Positions 21,655-31,848 of a stretch of 64,000 nt of DNA are shown here, piece after piece. Both the position numbers and the translations under genes were made by a program. The stretch spans positions 2,240,001-2,304,000 of the forward strand of contig CBDCJV010000002.1 in NCBI GenBank assembly GCA_965217895.1. The letters run 5' to 3'. Each line of letters starts with the position of its first letter. Positions within the stretch are counted from its first letter, which is position 1. Source of the DNA: Waterburya sp. Lineage in GTDB: Bacteria; Cyanobacteriota; Cyanobacteriia; Cyanobacteriales; Xenococcaceae. The notes under the pieces were generated by a model. It did no database searches and was not told the origin of the DNA. It worked only from the letters and a program-made list of their open reading frames with translations.

Positions 21655-21682
21655 GTAGGGGCGAACGACCGTTCGTCCCTAC
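21655..21682. repeat. GTAG-type REP-like palindrome overlapping the stop codon of the adaptor gene
   Basis: GTAGGGGCGAACGACCGTTCGTCCCTAC; related copy at 39977. Confidence 0.7.
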
Positions 21683-23094
21683 TGGGATTTGATTGGCGCA
21701 CCATTAGAAAGATTGAGAATACCTGACGTTATAATGCGATCGCCCTTCTCAAGTCCTTCTAAGACTGGATAGCTGTTATTTTGCAGTTCTCCTAGTTCTA
21801 CGGGAACTTGTCGAGCGACTAATTGCGGTTGTTTCTGAGGTGGGTTTTTAGCTTGGTCTTGAGCTTTTGTTTCTTTGTTAGCTGGTTTTTCTGCTACATA
21901 AACAAAGGCTTGTCCGCCGATGCGGGTAACGGCAGTTGTCGGCACTAAAACCCCCGCTCGTTCAGACCAAATTATCCGCGCCCGTACATTTTGACTATCA
22001 CGCAACTGACCGTCAGAATTGGGAAAGCGAGCCTGGGTTAAAATTGTTTGGCTGTTGGCATTTACCTGGGCTGATACAAAAGTGATGCGTCCTTTTCCTA
22101 AAGGATTTCCTTGGATATCTTCAAGTTCGACTGGCAAACCAGTACGGAGATCGGCGCGATGTTGTATGGGAATTGCCAATTCTAGTTCTATGGGGTCGTT
22201 TTGGGTCACGCTAGTCAACGGGTTGCCTGGAGCGACATATGCCCCCAACTTTGTGATAATATTTCCTACCTCCCCAGCGAACGGTGCGGTTATGTTGGTG
22301 TATTGCAGTTGATCTTGAGCAACGTTTACATTAGCCTGAGCTTCTTTTATTGCTGCCTCAGACTGGTCGAGACTGGCACGGGCTGCTTGAATTTTGTCAT
22401 TAGAAGAATTAAGTTGTGCGATCGCACTGGCGCGATCGTTGTTAAATATATCTAGTTCTTCTCGTGCTAATGCCCCTTGCTGTACCAAAAATTTACGGCG
22501 TTCATATTGCTTGTTTTGTAGTTTTACATTGGCAGCAGCAGATGCTCGATCTGACAGTGCCGATTGTAGCTGTGCTTGGGCATTAGCTTTTGCAGCCTGA
22601 GCCGAATTAAGGGCTGCTTGCAGGCTGCTTAACTGTCCCGTCTGAATATTTGGTCTTAGCTGAATTAACGGCTGTCCTACCTGAACTTTATCCCCTTCCG
22701 TGACATAAATTTGATTAATCTTACCTTCGATTTGTGGGCTAATCGTTACCGACTGGGGAGAAGTCAAACTGCCAATAAACTGAGAGGTTTCTTGTATGGT
22801 AGAAGATTGTAGGCTTTTTAAGCCTACAGACGCAGCTTGAGTTTGAGCTTGAGATGCTTGAGAAGAAGTATTATTAGCATGACTGCTTTGCCACCAACGC
22901 CATCCTCCATATCCTAGTAATAACAACAGAATTAATCCCAGCACTACTTTCCAGGGTTGCTTGGGCTTGGGATTAGAAGTAGAATGAGTTTTATCGTTTT
23001 GAATAGGCTGGTCTTGTTTTATCTGTTCTTCGGCGATTTCTGAAGAGGAATTTACTTCAGATTCGGGAGAAGAACGGGAAGAGCGTGACTGCAT
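21679..23094 (-). CDS. RND periplasmic adaptor subunit
   Basis: TM anchor, EGDKVQVGQPLIQL, long coiled coil, ITAPFAG; upstream of the permease. Confidence 0.92.
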   Translation of the reverse strand: MQSRSSRSSPESEVNSSSEIAEEQIKQDQPIQNDKTHSTSNPKPKQPWKVVLGLILLLLLGYGGWRWWQSSHANNTSSQASQAQTQAASVGLKSLQSSTIQETSQFIGSLTSPQSVTISPQIEGKINQIYVTEGDKVQVGQPLIQLRPNIQTGQLSSLQAALNSAQAAKANAQAQLQSALSDRASAAANVKLQNKQYERRKFLVQQGALAREELDIFNNDRASAIAQLNSSNDKIQAARASLDQSEAAIKEAQANVNVAQDQLQYTNITAPFAGEVGNIITKLGAYVAPGNPLTSVTQNDPIELELAIPIQHRADLRTGLPVELEDIQGNPLGKGRITFVSAQVNANSQTILTQARFPNSDGQLRDSQNVRARIIWSERAGVLVPTTAVTRIGGQAFVYVAEKPANKETKAQDQAKNPPQKQPQLVARQVPVELGELQNNSYPVLEGLEKGDRIITSGILNLSNGAPIKSQ

Positions 23095-23202
23095 TGCTTG
23101 AATGTTTTTTTGCTAGATTTGAGACAAGGTTCAATAAATAAATGACTGGCCGATTGAGAGTTAAACAAGCAATAATCGAACTTTTTGTGTCAAATAATAC
23201 AA

Positions 23203-23395
23203 TACGCTTAGTGTGAATTAGCTTCGCTCTAATTTACTAGTTTTTAGCTATCAGCTCTTAGCTTTAGAAAACTACGTGAAAATTCATCACTTTTTATAGC
23301 TTAGGAGGCGTGTTTATTCTCCTGCAACTCGAAAAAGCTAATATTTCCATAACCAAAGCTATCCTAAAAGCAAGTTTTAATTCACACCAGATGTA
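23203..23395. mobile_element. MITE-like element, TACGCT..GTGTGAATTA end family (copy 1)
   Basis: Imperfect ~18-bp TIR; left end and TAGCTATCAGCTCTTAGC block shared with 56735-56991. Confidence 0.6.
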
Positions 23396-23481
23396 TAATT
23401 ATAATCTTCCTAAACAACAGTTAGGACAGTTAGAGCAGTTAAAAAGCCTAATTTACCGTTGATTATCTTTAACTTAAGCCA

Positions 23482-23580
23482 GACTTGCCCTTACGAGACA
23501 GCGCGTTGTGGGTCTGTGACCCATTGAAGCGACTATCGAGGGCGCGCCTGAAGGCGACGCGGGCTATATGCGGACAAGTC
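23482..23580. repeat. GC-rich composite hairpin element containing a truncated, reverse-oriented copy of the 27-nt core
   Basis: GACTTGCCC / GGACAAGTC inverted ends; GGGTC-tgt-GACCC hairpin; GCGCCTGAAGGCGACGCGGG at 23544-23563. Confidence 0.65.
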
Positions 23581-23978
23581 CTTTGTTTGCTCAAAAAGGG
23601 CTTTGATAGCTGTTGTTTCGTTCATGATTAAATTTTGTCCGAACTATTACTAAAGGTAGAAAAAAAAATAAGAAAAAAGATCTATCATTAGTCAGATTTA
23701 AGAAAGTATAAGCCTAAAAAATTGTTAATTTTTGATTTGATTAATAATAACTCTAGGAGCAAATTTTTCTATTTTTAGATGATTATGTCATTATTCCTTG
23801 GCAGTTTTTAGATCCTATCCTTCAGCCTTTAACTTTTGAATATTTAACCTGAGTTGCTAAATAATTAGTCGTCTGCCTTACCTAAAAAATAAAACGATAT
23901 AAAAACTCAAAAATTGGAATCGATTTCTATTAGTTATCTTGCTCTACTGTTTATTATTTATTCAATTTATTCACCATT

Positions 23979-24620
23979 TTAAGCTTTAGTCAAAATAAAT
24001 AAGCTACCATCTCCACCACGACCAATTCTCATTGTTTCATCAATATAGGTAATGTCTAAACTGGGAATTCTACCTTCAGGATTTCGAGCTTCTAAAACTT
24101 TAAGCGGATCGAGTATTTTTGTCTTAATTCCTAATATTTTAGTAATAGCAATAAAGCGTTTTCTAAAATTTACGTTAATTTTTTGATTGGGAAGCTGTTC
24201 GTCTTCTGTTGATGCTGGTTCAAATGTGGCTGTTACTCTGACATATCCTGATAATAAACCCGTTTTGTGTTCTACCCAGGCTTTATTTTCAAAGGATGCA
24301 GTTTGAATGTCGATTATTTGGTATATTTTTCCAACCAAAAAACCGAGAGGTAAACGCCTCAGAGAGCGAATTTCTCTGGCGGTTGAATATTCTAGTAACC
24401 AAGCACCATCAAGTAGCTGACTACCGTAAGACAGAGGACGAGGAAAAGGGGTAAGATTTTCTAAATTAACCGTTAATGCTTCTATCTCTCGAACCCTTTT
24501 TTTGCCGATTTCCAAATCTATAATTGGTGAACCAGCAAGGGCTTGACGATTATTTTGTAGTTCTTTAATTTCTGCAAGTAAATTCTGTTTGACTTCTAGC
24601 CTATTTTGTACTTTTGGCAT
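23979..24620 (-). CDS. PAP/fibrillin family protein
   Basis: LDGAWLLEYST, IYQIID, LDITYIDETMRIGRGGDGSLFIL. Confidence 0.88.
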   Translation of the reverse strand: MPKVQNRLEVKQNLLAEIKELQNNRQALAGSPIIDLEIGKKRVREIEALTVNLENLTPFPRPLSYGSQLLDGAWLLEYSTAREIRSLRRLPLGFLVGKIYQIIDIQTASFENKAWVEHKTGLLSGYVRVTATFEPASTEDEQLPNQKINVNFRKRFIAITKILGIKTKILDPLKVLEARNPEGRIPSLDITYIDETMRIGRGGDGSLFILTKA

Positions 24621-24764
24621 TTGAAATTTGGTGTAAATAAATCGATGATCGCGATCGCCTGTGAAGTATTTGAGTAGTTGATAATATTACTAACCAAACT
24701 AAATTATAAAAAGCGATCGCCAATCACTCTCTTCTCAAGGACTTCTATCCTAAGCACAATAGCA

Positions 24765-25025
24765 CTAGCCTCTAGTAATGTTGACGTGGCTCATAATTCT
24801 ACTTTTGCGTTCTTGCCTATTAACAGAATTAAGATTGTAATTACCTTTGCTGCGCTCTATATGTTCTTTGTGACTTTTCTTACTGCTAGATAGGGTGGCA
24901 GATTTATCGTCAGGATTATAATTTTGGGGAGAACGCTGAAAATCGACTTCACCACCAGAACTTTTTGCTAAATGCTCTCTAATCTGCTTTTGACGATCTG
25001 TTGAGAATGATTGATCTCTTGCCAT
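24765..25025 (-). CDS. Small basic hypothetical protein
   Basis: ATG start, hydrophilic 86 aa, no family recognised. Confidence 0.55.
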   Translation of the reverse strand: MARDQSFSTDRQKQIREHLAKSSGGEVDFQRSPQNYNPDDKSATLSSSKKSHKEHIERSKGNYNLNSVNRQERKSRIMSHVNITRG

Positions 25026-25364
25026 AATTTATTTAATGTATCAAATGTTTCCAACTATATTGTGACTCAATTTGTTGCACTATCGACAGGTAAAACGATA
25101 AAAAAAGTAGCCGAAACAACCGCCCAACATTAGGGAAATACCACTAATTTAGTTGCTTATTTGACGGCATTTAAGAATCAAGATTTGGCTGTAGTTAAAC
25201 AGCCTTGTTCTACACGAGCAAAACTACCCTTTGATTTGTCGCCTTTTCCGTCGTCTTGACTTTTTTCTGATTTTCTTAACTTGTCACCAATGGGTAATGT
25301 AATAGGTAATAGCCACCTTAACAGACTAATTTTGTCAACCCGAACTTTTACGTTAATCAAGAGT

Positions 25365-27983
25365 TTAGTGAGTAAGATTCAAAATATCCTCAATCCTAGG
25401 CAGATCTTCAATTGAAATTACTCTACCTTCATCTTCAAAGTTATCAATTTGATCGAAGTTAAGATAGCGATATAAATCACTTTCAAACGGGGCAATTTTC
25501 TCCTTCACCACTGCCATATATTCTTCCACTGTCGGAATTTTACCTAACAAGGCACAAACAGCAGCTAATTCTGCTGAACCTAAGTAAACCTGTGCGCCTT
25601 TGCCCATACGGTTGTTAAAGTTACGGGTAGAAGTAGAAAAAACTGTAGCATTATCCTCGACGCGAGCTTGATTACCCATACAGAGAGAACAGCCAGGCAT
25701 TTCGGTACGTGCGCCAGCAGCAGCAAACACGCCATATACTCCTTCTTCACGGAGTTGTTTTTCATCCATGCGAGTAGGAGGACAGATCCATAAGCGTCCT
25801 TTAACTACTCCTGCACCTTCTAAGATTTTGGCAGCAGCGCGGTAGTGTCCAATGTTAGTCATGCAAGAACCAATAAACACCTCGTCTACTTTGTCTCCTG
25901 CACATTCTGACATCAATTTAACGTTGTCAGGATCGTTGGGTGCAGCGACGATAGGCTCTTTAATTCCATTAAGGTTGATTTCAATCGTGTCTGCATATTC
26001 CGCATCTTGGTCGGCAGACATTAACTCAGGTTCAGCTAACCACTGTTCCATCTTGGCAACGCGACGCATTAGAGTACGAGCATCGTTATAACCACGAGCA
26101 ACCATGTTTTTAAGCAGTGCCACATTAGAACGCAAGTATTCGGCAACTGTATCTTCGCTTAGTTTGATGGTGCTACCAGAGCAAGAACGTTCAGCAGTAG
26201 CATCAGTAAGTTCAAAAGCCTGTTCTACTTTAAGATTGGGTAAGCCTTCCATTTCCATGACTCGCCCGTTGAAAACATTCTGCTTGTTATTTTTATCAAC
26301 GGTAAGTTTTCCTGCTTGAATAGCCACCCAAGGAATAGCATTAACTATGTCTCTGAGCGTTATGCCTGGCTGCAAGTCTCCAGTAAAGCGCACCAAAACA
26401 GATTCAGGCATATCTAGAGGCATTACCCCCAAAGCGGAGGCAAAAGCAACTAAACCAGAACCAGCAGGAAAGGATATACCCAAAGGGAAACGGGTATGAG
26501 AGTCACCACCAGTACCAACGGTGTCGGGTAGTAGCATTCTGTTTAACCAGGAGTGAATAATTCCGTCTCCTGGGCGCAAGGCAACTCCACCACGAGTTGA
26601 AAAGAAGTCGGGTAAATCTTTATGAGTTTCGATGTCTACAGGCTTAGGATAAGCTGCGGTATGACAAAAGGTTTGTAGAGTTAAATCCGCATTAAAACCA
26701 AGACAGGCTAATTCTTTTAATTCATCTCTTGTCATTGGTCCGGTGGTGTCTTGAGAACCAACAGTAGTCATAATGGGTTCGCAAGATGTCCCAGGGCGAA
26801 CTCCTGCTAAACCACAAGCTTTACCCACCATTTTTTGTGCCAAGGTAAATCCTTTACCTGTATCTTTTGGCATAGATGGGCGAGTAAATACCTCAGAAAC
26901 TTCTAAGCCTAGTGCTTCGCGGGTTTTATCGGTCAATGCCCGACCAATAAGCAAAGGAATACGTCCCCCTGCGCGGACTTCATCAGTGATGGTATCAGGT
27001 TTGAGACTGAAGCTAGAAATAAGTTTGCCAGCGTCGTTTTTAATTTCACCTTTGTAGGGATAAATAGTTATTACATCACCTGTATTCATCTGGGCAACAT
27101 CACACTCGATTGGTAATGCCCCAGAGTCTTCGGCAGTGTTAAAAAAGATAGGTGCAATTTTGTTACCCAAGATGTATCCACCAGCTTTTTTATTGGGAAC
27201 AAAGGGAATTTCATCGCCAATATGCCATAAAACAGAGTTGATAGCAGATTTTCGAGACGAACCTGTACCAACTACATCACCTACATAAGCAACAGGATGA
27301 CCTTTTTCTTTTAACTTAGCAATAGTTTCTAACCCATCAGGCATCTTGGACTCTAACATTACCAAAGCATGAAGGGGAATATCTGGGCGAGTTGTAGCAT
27401 GAGGTGCAGGAGAGAGATCGTCGGTGTTGGTTTCTCCTGGTACTTTAAAGACCGTAACGGTAATCTCTTCGGCTAATTCTGGACGATTAGTAAACCACTC
27501 GGCATTTGCCCAGGAATCAATTACCTGTTTGGCATAATCATTACTTCCTGATAACTCTAAAACCTCGTTAAAGGCATCAAACACTAATAGCGTTTTGCTT
27601 AATGCTTTGGTTGCGCCCGTTGCGATTGCGGAGCTAGCGGTCGGCATCGCACTATCATCAGACTTTAATAAATCTACCAAAGACTGAACGTTATAGCCAC
27701 CAATCATCGTCCCCAGCAAATGTACTGCATCTGTAGCCGAAATTACGGGACACTGAATCTCATCCTTAGCTACTCCAGTCAAAAATCCAGCTTTAACATA
27801 AGCTGCATCATCCACACCAGGGGGAACTCTCTCCCTCAACAATGCCAGCAGTTCTTCTTTTTCTGATTCAGGAGGATTTTTGAGTAATTCACACAATTCT
27901 GAAGTTTGCTCAGCCGTCAAAGGTAATGCGGGAATACCTAAGGCTGCTCTTTGAGCTGCGTGTTTTCTATATGCTTCTAACAT
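25365..27983 (-). CDS. acnB: Aconitate hydratase B
   Basis: [64 protein letters not shown]. Confidence 0.98.
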   Translation of the reverse strand: MLEAYRKHAAQRAALGIPALPLTAEQTSELCELLKNPPESEKEELLALLRERVPPGVDDAAYVKAGFLTGVAKDEIQCPVISATDAVHLLGTMIGGYNVQSLVDLLKSDDSAMPTASSAIATGATKALSKTLLVFDAFNEVLELSGSNDYAKQVIDSWANAEWFTNRPELAEEITVTVFKVPGETNTDDLSPAPHATTRPDIPLHALVMLESKMPDGLETIAKLKEKGHPVAYVGDVVGTGSSRKSAINSVLWHIGDEIPFVPNKKAGGYILGNKIAPIFFNTAEDSGALPIECDVAQMNTGDVITIYPYKGEIKNDAGKLISSFSLKPDTITDEVRAGGRIPLLIGRALTDKTREALGLEVSEVFTRPSMPKDTGKGFTLAQKMVGKACGLAGVRPGTSCEPIMTTVGSQDTTGPMTRDELKELACLGFNADLTLQTFCHTAAYPKPVDIETHKDLPDFFSTRGGVALRPGDGIIHSWLNRMLLPDTVGTGGDSHTRFPLGISFPAGSGLVAFASALGVMPLDMPESVLVRFTGDLQPGITLRDIVNAIPWVAIQAGKLTVDKNNKQNVFNGRVMEMEGLPNLKVEQAFELTDATAERSCSGSTIKLSEDTVAEYLRSNVALLKNMVARGYNDARTLMRRVAKMEQWLAEPELMSADQDAEYADTIEINLNGIKEPIVAAPNDPDNVKLMSECAGDKVDEVFIGSCMTNIGHYRAAAKILEGAGVVKGRLWICPPTRMDEKQLREEGVYGVFAAAGARTEMPGCSLCMGNQARVEDNATVFSTSTRNFNNRMGKGAQVYLGSAELAAVCALLGKIPTVEEYMAVVKEKIAPFESDLYRYLNFDQIDNFEDEGRVISIEDLPRIEDILNLTH
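27622..27650. mobile_element. 21-nt in-frame insertion splitting a HIP1 site in acnB (SDR-like)
   Basis: GCGAT-tgcggagctagcggtcggcat-CGC; removal restores GCGATCGC and DDSAIAT. Confidence 0.72.
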
Positions 27984-28198
27984 CTAGTAGTTCTCCTCTT
28001 CTATATGTAGATTTATTGCAGAATATTTATTGTATTGTCTCATCGATCTCTCTCCTTTTTTTGTTCACAGGGAGAACTTTTTGGTTAATACACTTATATT
28101 GTATTGATTTGACAGAACTAACTGTACGTTCTTTTTTTCGAGCAGCTAGATTATTATTTTACGAGTTACTCAACGAGATAATATCTTAGATAGAAAGT

Positions 28199-29383
28199 GT
28201 GAGTGTTAGTGACCAGGAAAAAACTGTGAGCGATCGCCTTAAAAAATTTTCGATTAAATATTTACTTATTTCTATATATATCCTCTTTACCCTGACAAGC
28301 TGTAGTTTACCCCAGAGAGTGAGTGCCACAGAGAGGATGTTTCGTAAGTTTTCCCTAGAATTTGTCGATTACTATCAAATACCCAAAACCAGCTTTAAAA
28401 ATACCAAGATTGGTGGGCTATCGGCGATCGATTATAAGCGTCAACAGGATAAATTTTATATATTATCAGACGATCGCAGTCAACTTGCCCCTGCCCGTTT
28501 TTATACCTTTAGGCTCAAGCTTAAACAGACAAATGATGGGATTAAAATAGCTAGTTTTCAGCCCGAAGATGTTACTTTTCTTCAAGATGAACAGGGTAAT
28601 TATCAAACAGGTAGTATCGATCCAGAAGGATTAGCTCTTTCTCCCAGAAATACGGTATTTATTTCCAGTGAAGGTGATCCAGCCAAAAATATTAAGCCTT
28701 TTATTGCTGAATTTGCCTTAGACACGGGCAAAAAAATAGCCGATGTCCGTATACCACAACGTTATTTGACAGGAAAAGAACCAGAACAGCCTCAAGGAGT
28801 ACAAGAGAATCTGGCATTTGAATCTTTGACCATTAATAGTGTTGGTTTACCTCAAGATCCTTTTCGTTTATTTACCGCTACTGAATCAGCCCTATTACAG
28901 GATGAATCTTTGGCAAGAGAAGAACAGTCAAGAATTCGCTTTTTACATTACGTCATCAATCCGATTGGCAATCCAGTTTTAGTGGCTGAACATTTATATC
29001 TACTTGAACCCACACCAACGGAAGTTATTGCCAATGGGCTGTCAGAACTACTAGCACTACAAACCGAAGGCTATTTTTTCAGTTTAGAAAGAACCTTTGG
29101 CTTTGCTGGGGCTGGAGCAAAAATATTTCAGGTAGTAGTCGGCGATGCCACTGATACGAGTAATATAGCCAGTCTTAAAGGAAATATAGCTCAAATAAGA
29201 CCTTTAAAAAAGCAACTATTGCTTAATTTAGCAGATTTAAAGATTGAGCTAGATAACTTGGAAGGAATGACCATCGGACCACGTTTACCTGATGGTAGTC
29301 AAAGCTTGCTTTTAATTAGTGATGATAATTTTAATGATGAACAAGTTAATCAGTTATTTTTGTTTCGTTTAGTAGAAAATTAG
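28199..29383 (+). CDS. Esterase-like activity of phytase family lipoprotein
   Basis: Lipobox LTSC, GGLSAI, SDDRS, DPEG, SSEG, NLAFESLT, LER, DNLEG, SDDNF; exact start uncertain. Confidence 0.88.
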   Translation: MSVSDQEKTVSDRLKKFSIKYLLISIYILFTLTSCSLPQRVSATERMFRKFSLEFVDYYQIPKTSFKNTKIGGLSAIDYKRQQDKFYILSDDRSQLAPARFYTFRLKLKQTNDGIKIASFQPEDVTFLQDEQGNYQTGSIDPEGLALSPRNTVFISSEGDPAKNIKPFIAEFALDTGKKIADVRIPQRYLTGKEPEQPQGVQENLAFESLTINSVGLPQDPFRLFTATESALLQDESLAREEQSRIRFLHYVINPIGNPVLVAEHLYLLEPTPTEVIANGLSELLALQTEGYFFSLERTFGFAGAGAKIFQVVVGDATDTSNIASLKGNIAQIRPLKKQLLLNLADLKIELDNLEGMTIGPRLPDGSQSLLLISDDNFNDEQVNQLFLFRLVEN

Positions 29384-29489
29384 GCGTTGGTGATTTAAGT
29401 AATGACGCACAAAATAATATGTTCGTAGCTCTCAGCTATTAGCTTCTTGGTCACAATGCCGAAAATTAAAACGATAGGGTCAGAAAGTA

Positions 29490-29711
29490 TTATTTACTTA
29501 CAGAGGTTACTTGAAAATTTTGTGGCTCAGGTAGAGATTCTCCCTGGGATTTTGATAACTCTACTAAAAATTGCAAAGCTTCTTGAGCATTTTCTAAAGC
29601 CTGCTCGTAAGATTCTCCTTGAGCATGGCGATTTTCCCATTCAGGCAGAGTTGCTACAAAGCAGTTATCTTTCTCAGACCACTGAATAACTATCGAGTAA
29701 AGATCGTTCAT
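29490..29711 (-). CDS. HicB-like antitoxin family protein (short form)
   Basis: YSIVIQWSEKDNCFVATLPE..HAQGESYEQALENAQEAL..LPEP. Confidence 0.8.
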   Translation of the reverse strand: MNDLYSIVIQWSEKDNCFVATLPEWENRHAQGESYEQALENAQEALQFLVELSKSQGESLPEPQNFQVTSVSK

Positions 29712-29893
29712 TATTATTTATTTCTTAGAGTTAATATGAGCAATTGCTAAGATGTTTAACGTCATCTCTGTTATAACCTGACTCTAAATAAATACCCAAA
29801 AATCCTCTAAGCCTTCGCGCTTTTTCTTATACCAACTCTCTATGATTGCAGATCGCGTCATGATTATTACTAGACCAAAAATTTTCATTAGTA

Positions 29894-30033
29894 TATAGCG
29901 TTTCTCGTATTAACGAGACGCACCTTAGTTCTGTCTGGGGACTAGGAACTGGGAACTAGTTCTTTCCTAATCCCTAATCCCTAATCCCTAAAGGCAATCA
30001 ATTCTGTATCTCATTAGTTTAAGAACTGTTATA
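29894..30033. mobile_element. MITE-like element with TATA ends and internal heptamer repeats
   Basis: TATAGCGTTTCT ... AGAACTGTTATA imperfect TIR; internal (CCTAATC)n repeat. Confidence 0.55.
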
Positions 30034-30069
30034 AAGAAATTAACACAAGTTAAGAGGCTCAATCTATCA

Positions 30070-30354
30070 ATGACATTAACAGAAGTTTTGATTTTACTGC
30101 TTATTGCTGCGATCTGCGGCTCAATTGGGCAATCACTAGTTGGTTATTCAGCAGGAGGTTGTCTTGCTTCAATTTTTGTCGGCATTATTGGAGCTTATTT
30201 AGGGGTTTGGCTAGCCAGAAAATTAAGTTTGCCTATACTGTTCGCCGTTGACGTTGGCGGTCAACCTTTTCCAATTATTTGGTCAATTATCGGTTCGATA
30301 ATATTTGCAGCCATTTTAGGTTTAATCAATCGCTCAATCTCAAGAAGAAGATAA
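30070..30354 (+). CDS. GlsB/YeaQ/YmgE (transglycosylase-associated) membrane protein
   Basis: Gly-rich TM helices, VGIIGAYLG, IIWSIIGS. Confidence 0.8.
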   Translation: MTLTEVLILLLIAAICGSIGQSLVGYSAGGCLASIFVGIIGAYLGVWLARKLSLPILFAVDVGGQPFPIIWSIIGSIIFAAILGLINRSISRRR

Positions 30355-30414
30355 GTAAGTGAGCTAATTGCTGTATCTATTCACTAGTTGTTTATCCGAA
30401 CATGGAGGCTATTT

Positions 30415-31140
30415 TTAATAAGCTTGTTCTGAACGATTTCTGAAAAATTTTCCACTCTCTTCAATCGATGTTTCTGTTGCTAACCAAATGGCAGTATCTG
30501 CACCCTGTTCGGGAGTACGAGGCGCGGAATCGCCACCCATATCGGTTCTTACCCAACCTGGACACATGGCATAAACCGCTATGTCTTTTGACTTCAAGGC
30601 GTTAGCCAGTAAGATAGTTGCACCATTAAGAGCGAGTTTTGATAAAGAGTAGCTGGGGACACTGGCTGAGATACTGTCAAGCTGTCCATTACCGCTAGAT
30701 ACATTGATCACTTTAGAATTAGCTGATTTTTCTAATAAAGGAAGAAAGGCTTGAGTAATAACAATTGGACTAAAAGCATTAATGTTCATTGCTTTGGTGA
30801 GTAAATCTCGCGAAACGGTAAGAATATTTACTCCTTGTTGCAATCCCCTTAAGTCAGGATAAATACCCGCATTATTAACCAAGATATCTAAGGAGTGTGT
30901 TCTATTGCTAACGCTGGTTACAGCATTTTTAATACTTTTGTCATCAGCAACATCAAGTTCTACAAGCTGTACCGAGTTATTATCTGTAGATAGTTTTTTA
31001 ATGGCAGCTTTACCTTTATCTGGATCTCTGGCTGCGAGAAAAAGATCAAATCCTGCATCTAGTAATCCTTGGCAGATAGCAAAACCAATACCTTTATTAC
31101 CACCTGTGACTAAAGCTGTTTTTTGTGATTGAGATGACAT
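30415..31140 (-). CDS. Short-chain dehydrogenase/reductase (carbonyl reductase-like)
   Basis: VTGGNKGIG, NNAG, NVSS, YSLSK, CPGWVRTDMGG. Confidence 0.93.
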   Translation of the reverse strand: MSSQSQKTALVTGGNKGIGFAICQGLLDAGFDLFLAARDPDKGKAAIKKLSTDNNSVQLVELDVADDKSIKNAVTSVSNRTHSLDILVNNAGIYPDLRGLQQGVNILTVSRDLLTKAMNINAFSPIVITQAFLPLLEKSANSKVINVSSGNGQLDSISASVPSYSLSKLALNGATILLANALKSKDIAVYAMCPGWVRTDMGGDSAPRTPEQGADTAIWLATETSIEESGKFFRNRSEQAY

Positions 31141-31181
31141 ATTGTTTTAATTTCTATTGATTAATAATTTGTTAATACTTG

Positions 31182-31718
31182 CTACTTGCTACTTCCATCA
31201 GGTCTTTCCAACCTGACTGCATCTCCCGTATCATCAGTGCGATAAGTCCAATTTTTTAAACCATCGGTAACAACCACCTGATAGCCAGGTGTAATCGCTT
31301 GAGTGCATATTTCATCAGATTTACCAAATCCCAAACAGCCGTCCGACCATTGTTGCTGTTGAACCTCTAAGATTCTCATTGCAGAGACTGTTCTGCTGAT
31401 GCGTTTCACGGCATCATTAAACACAGCCGTTTTGACCGAGAGGGGTGGCGAGGTTGTCTTGGAGGACATTCCCTTGCGCCCTTCGGCGACGCGGGCTTCC
31501 TTTGCTTCCTTGCCATACCCAATCGAGATGTTAACTTTTGCGGGTAGGGTATTAACTTCAGTGGTTGGTAATTCTCCAGATTTTTCTTGGAAACTGGGTG
31601 CAGGAATTAGGCTAGTTTGAGCGATCGCCTTACTCGAAGCTAGCGGATTAGTCCAGGAAATTAGGATCGCACCTATAGTTTTTAAAATTAAGCGTGATAA
31701 TTTATCTTGAGTTATCAT
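31182..31718 (-). CDS. Secreted hypothetical protein (WSDGCLG..CTQAITPGY motif) with an apparent 33-aa insertion
   Basis: Signal peptide; C-terminal WxDGCLG/CTQA/YRT motif seen in cyanobacterial secreted proteins. Confidence 0.75.
   Translation of the reverse strand: MITQDKLSRLILKTIGAILISWTNPLASSKAIAQTSLIPAPSFQEKSGELPTTEVNTLPAKVNISIGYGKEAKEARVAEGRKGMSSKTTSPPLSVKTAVFNDAVKRISRTVSAMRILEVQQQQWSDGCLGFGKSDEICTQAITPGYQVVVTDGLKNWTYRTDDTGDAVRLERPDGSSK
31432..31535 (-). mobile_element. 99-nt in-frame insertion carrying the 27-nt hairpin core
   Basis: GTTAA/GTCAA boundaries 99 nt apart on the minus strand; core at 31469-31495; removal gives PAKVKTAVF. Confidence 0.65.
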
Positions 31719-31743
31719 AGCTAACCTATTTTTTTATCGAAGC

Positions 31744-31841
31744 TAAGTAGAGCGACATAATTAAACTGAAAATAGAATTCTCCCAGTCTCCCAGTCTCAA
31801 GCGTCAATCTATACCAAGGTTTATTGTTTCCTGCCTACTTA
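31744..31841. mobile_element. TAAGTAG...CTACTTA family element (divergent copy)
   Basis: Same termini and 98-bp length as 16012-16109; different interior with CCCAGTCT repeats. Confidence 0.55.
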
Positions 31842-31848
31842 CTACATT

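Noticed and set aside
25178..25360. 60-aa ORF downstream of acnB
   Set aside because: Non-ATG start and no recognisable motif.
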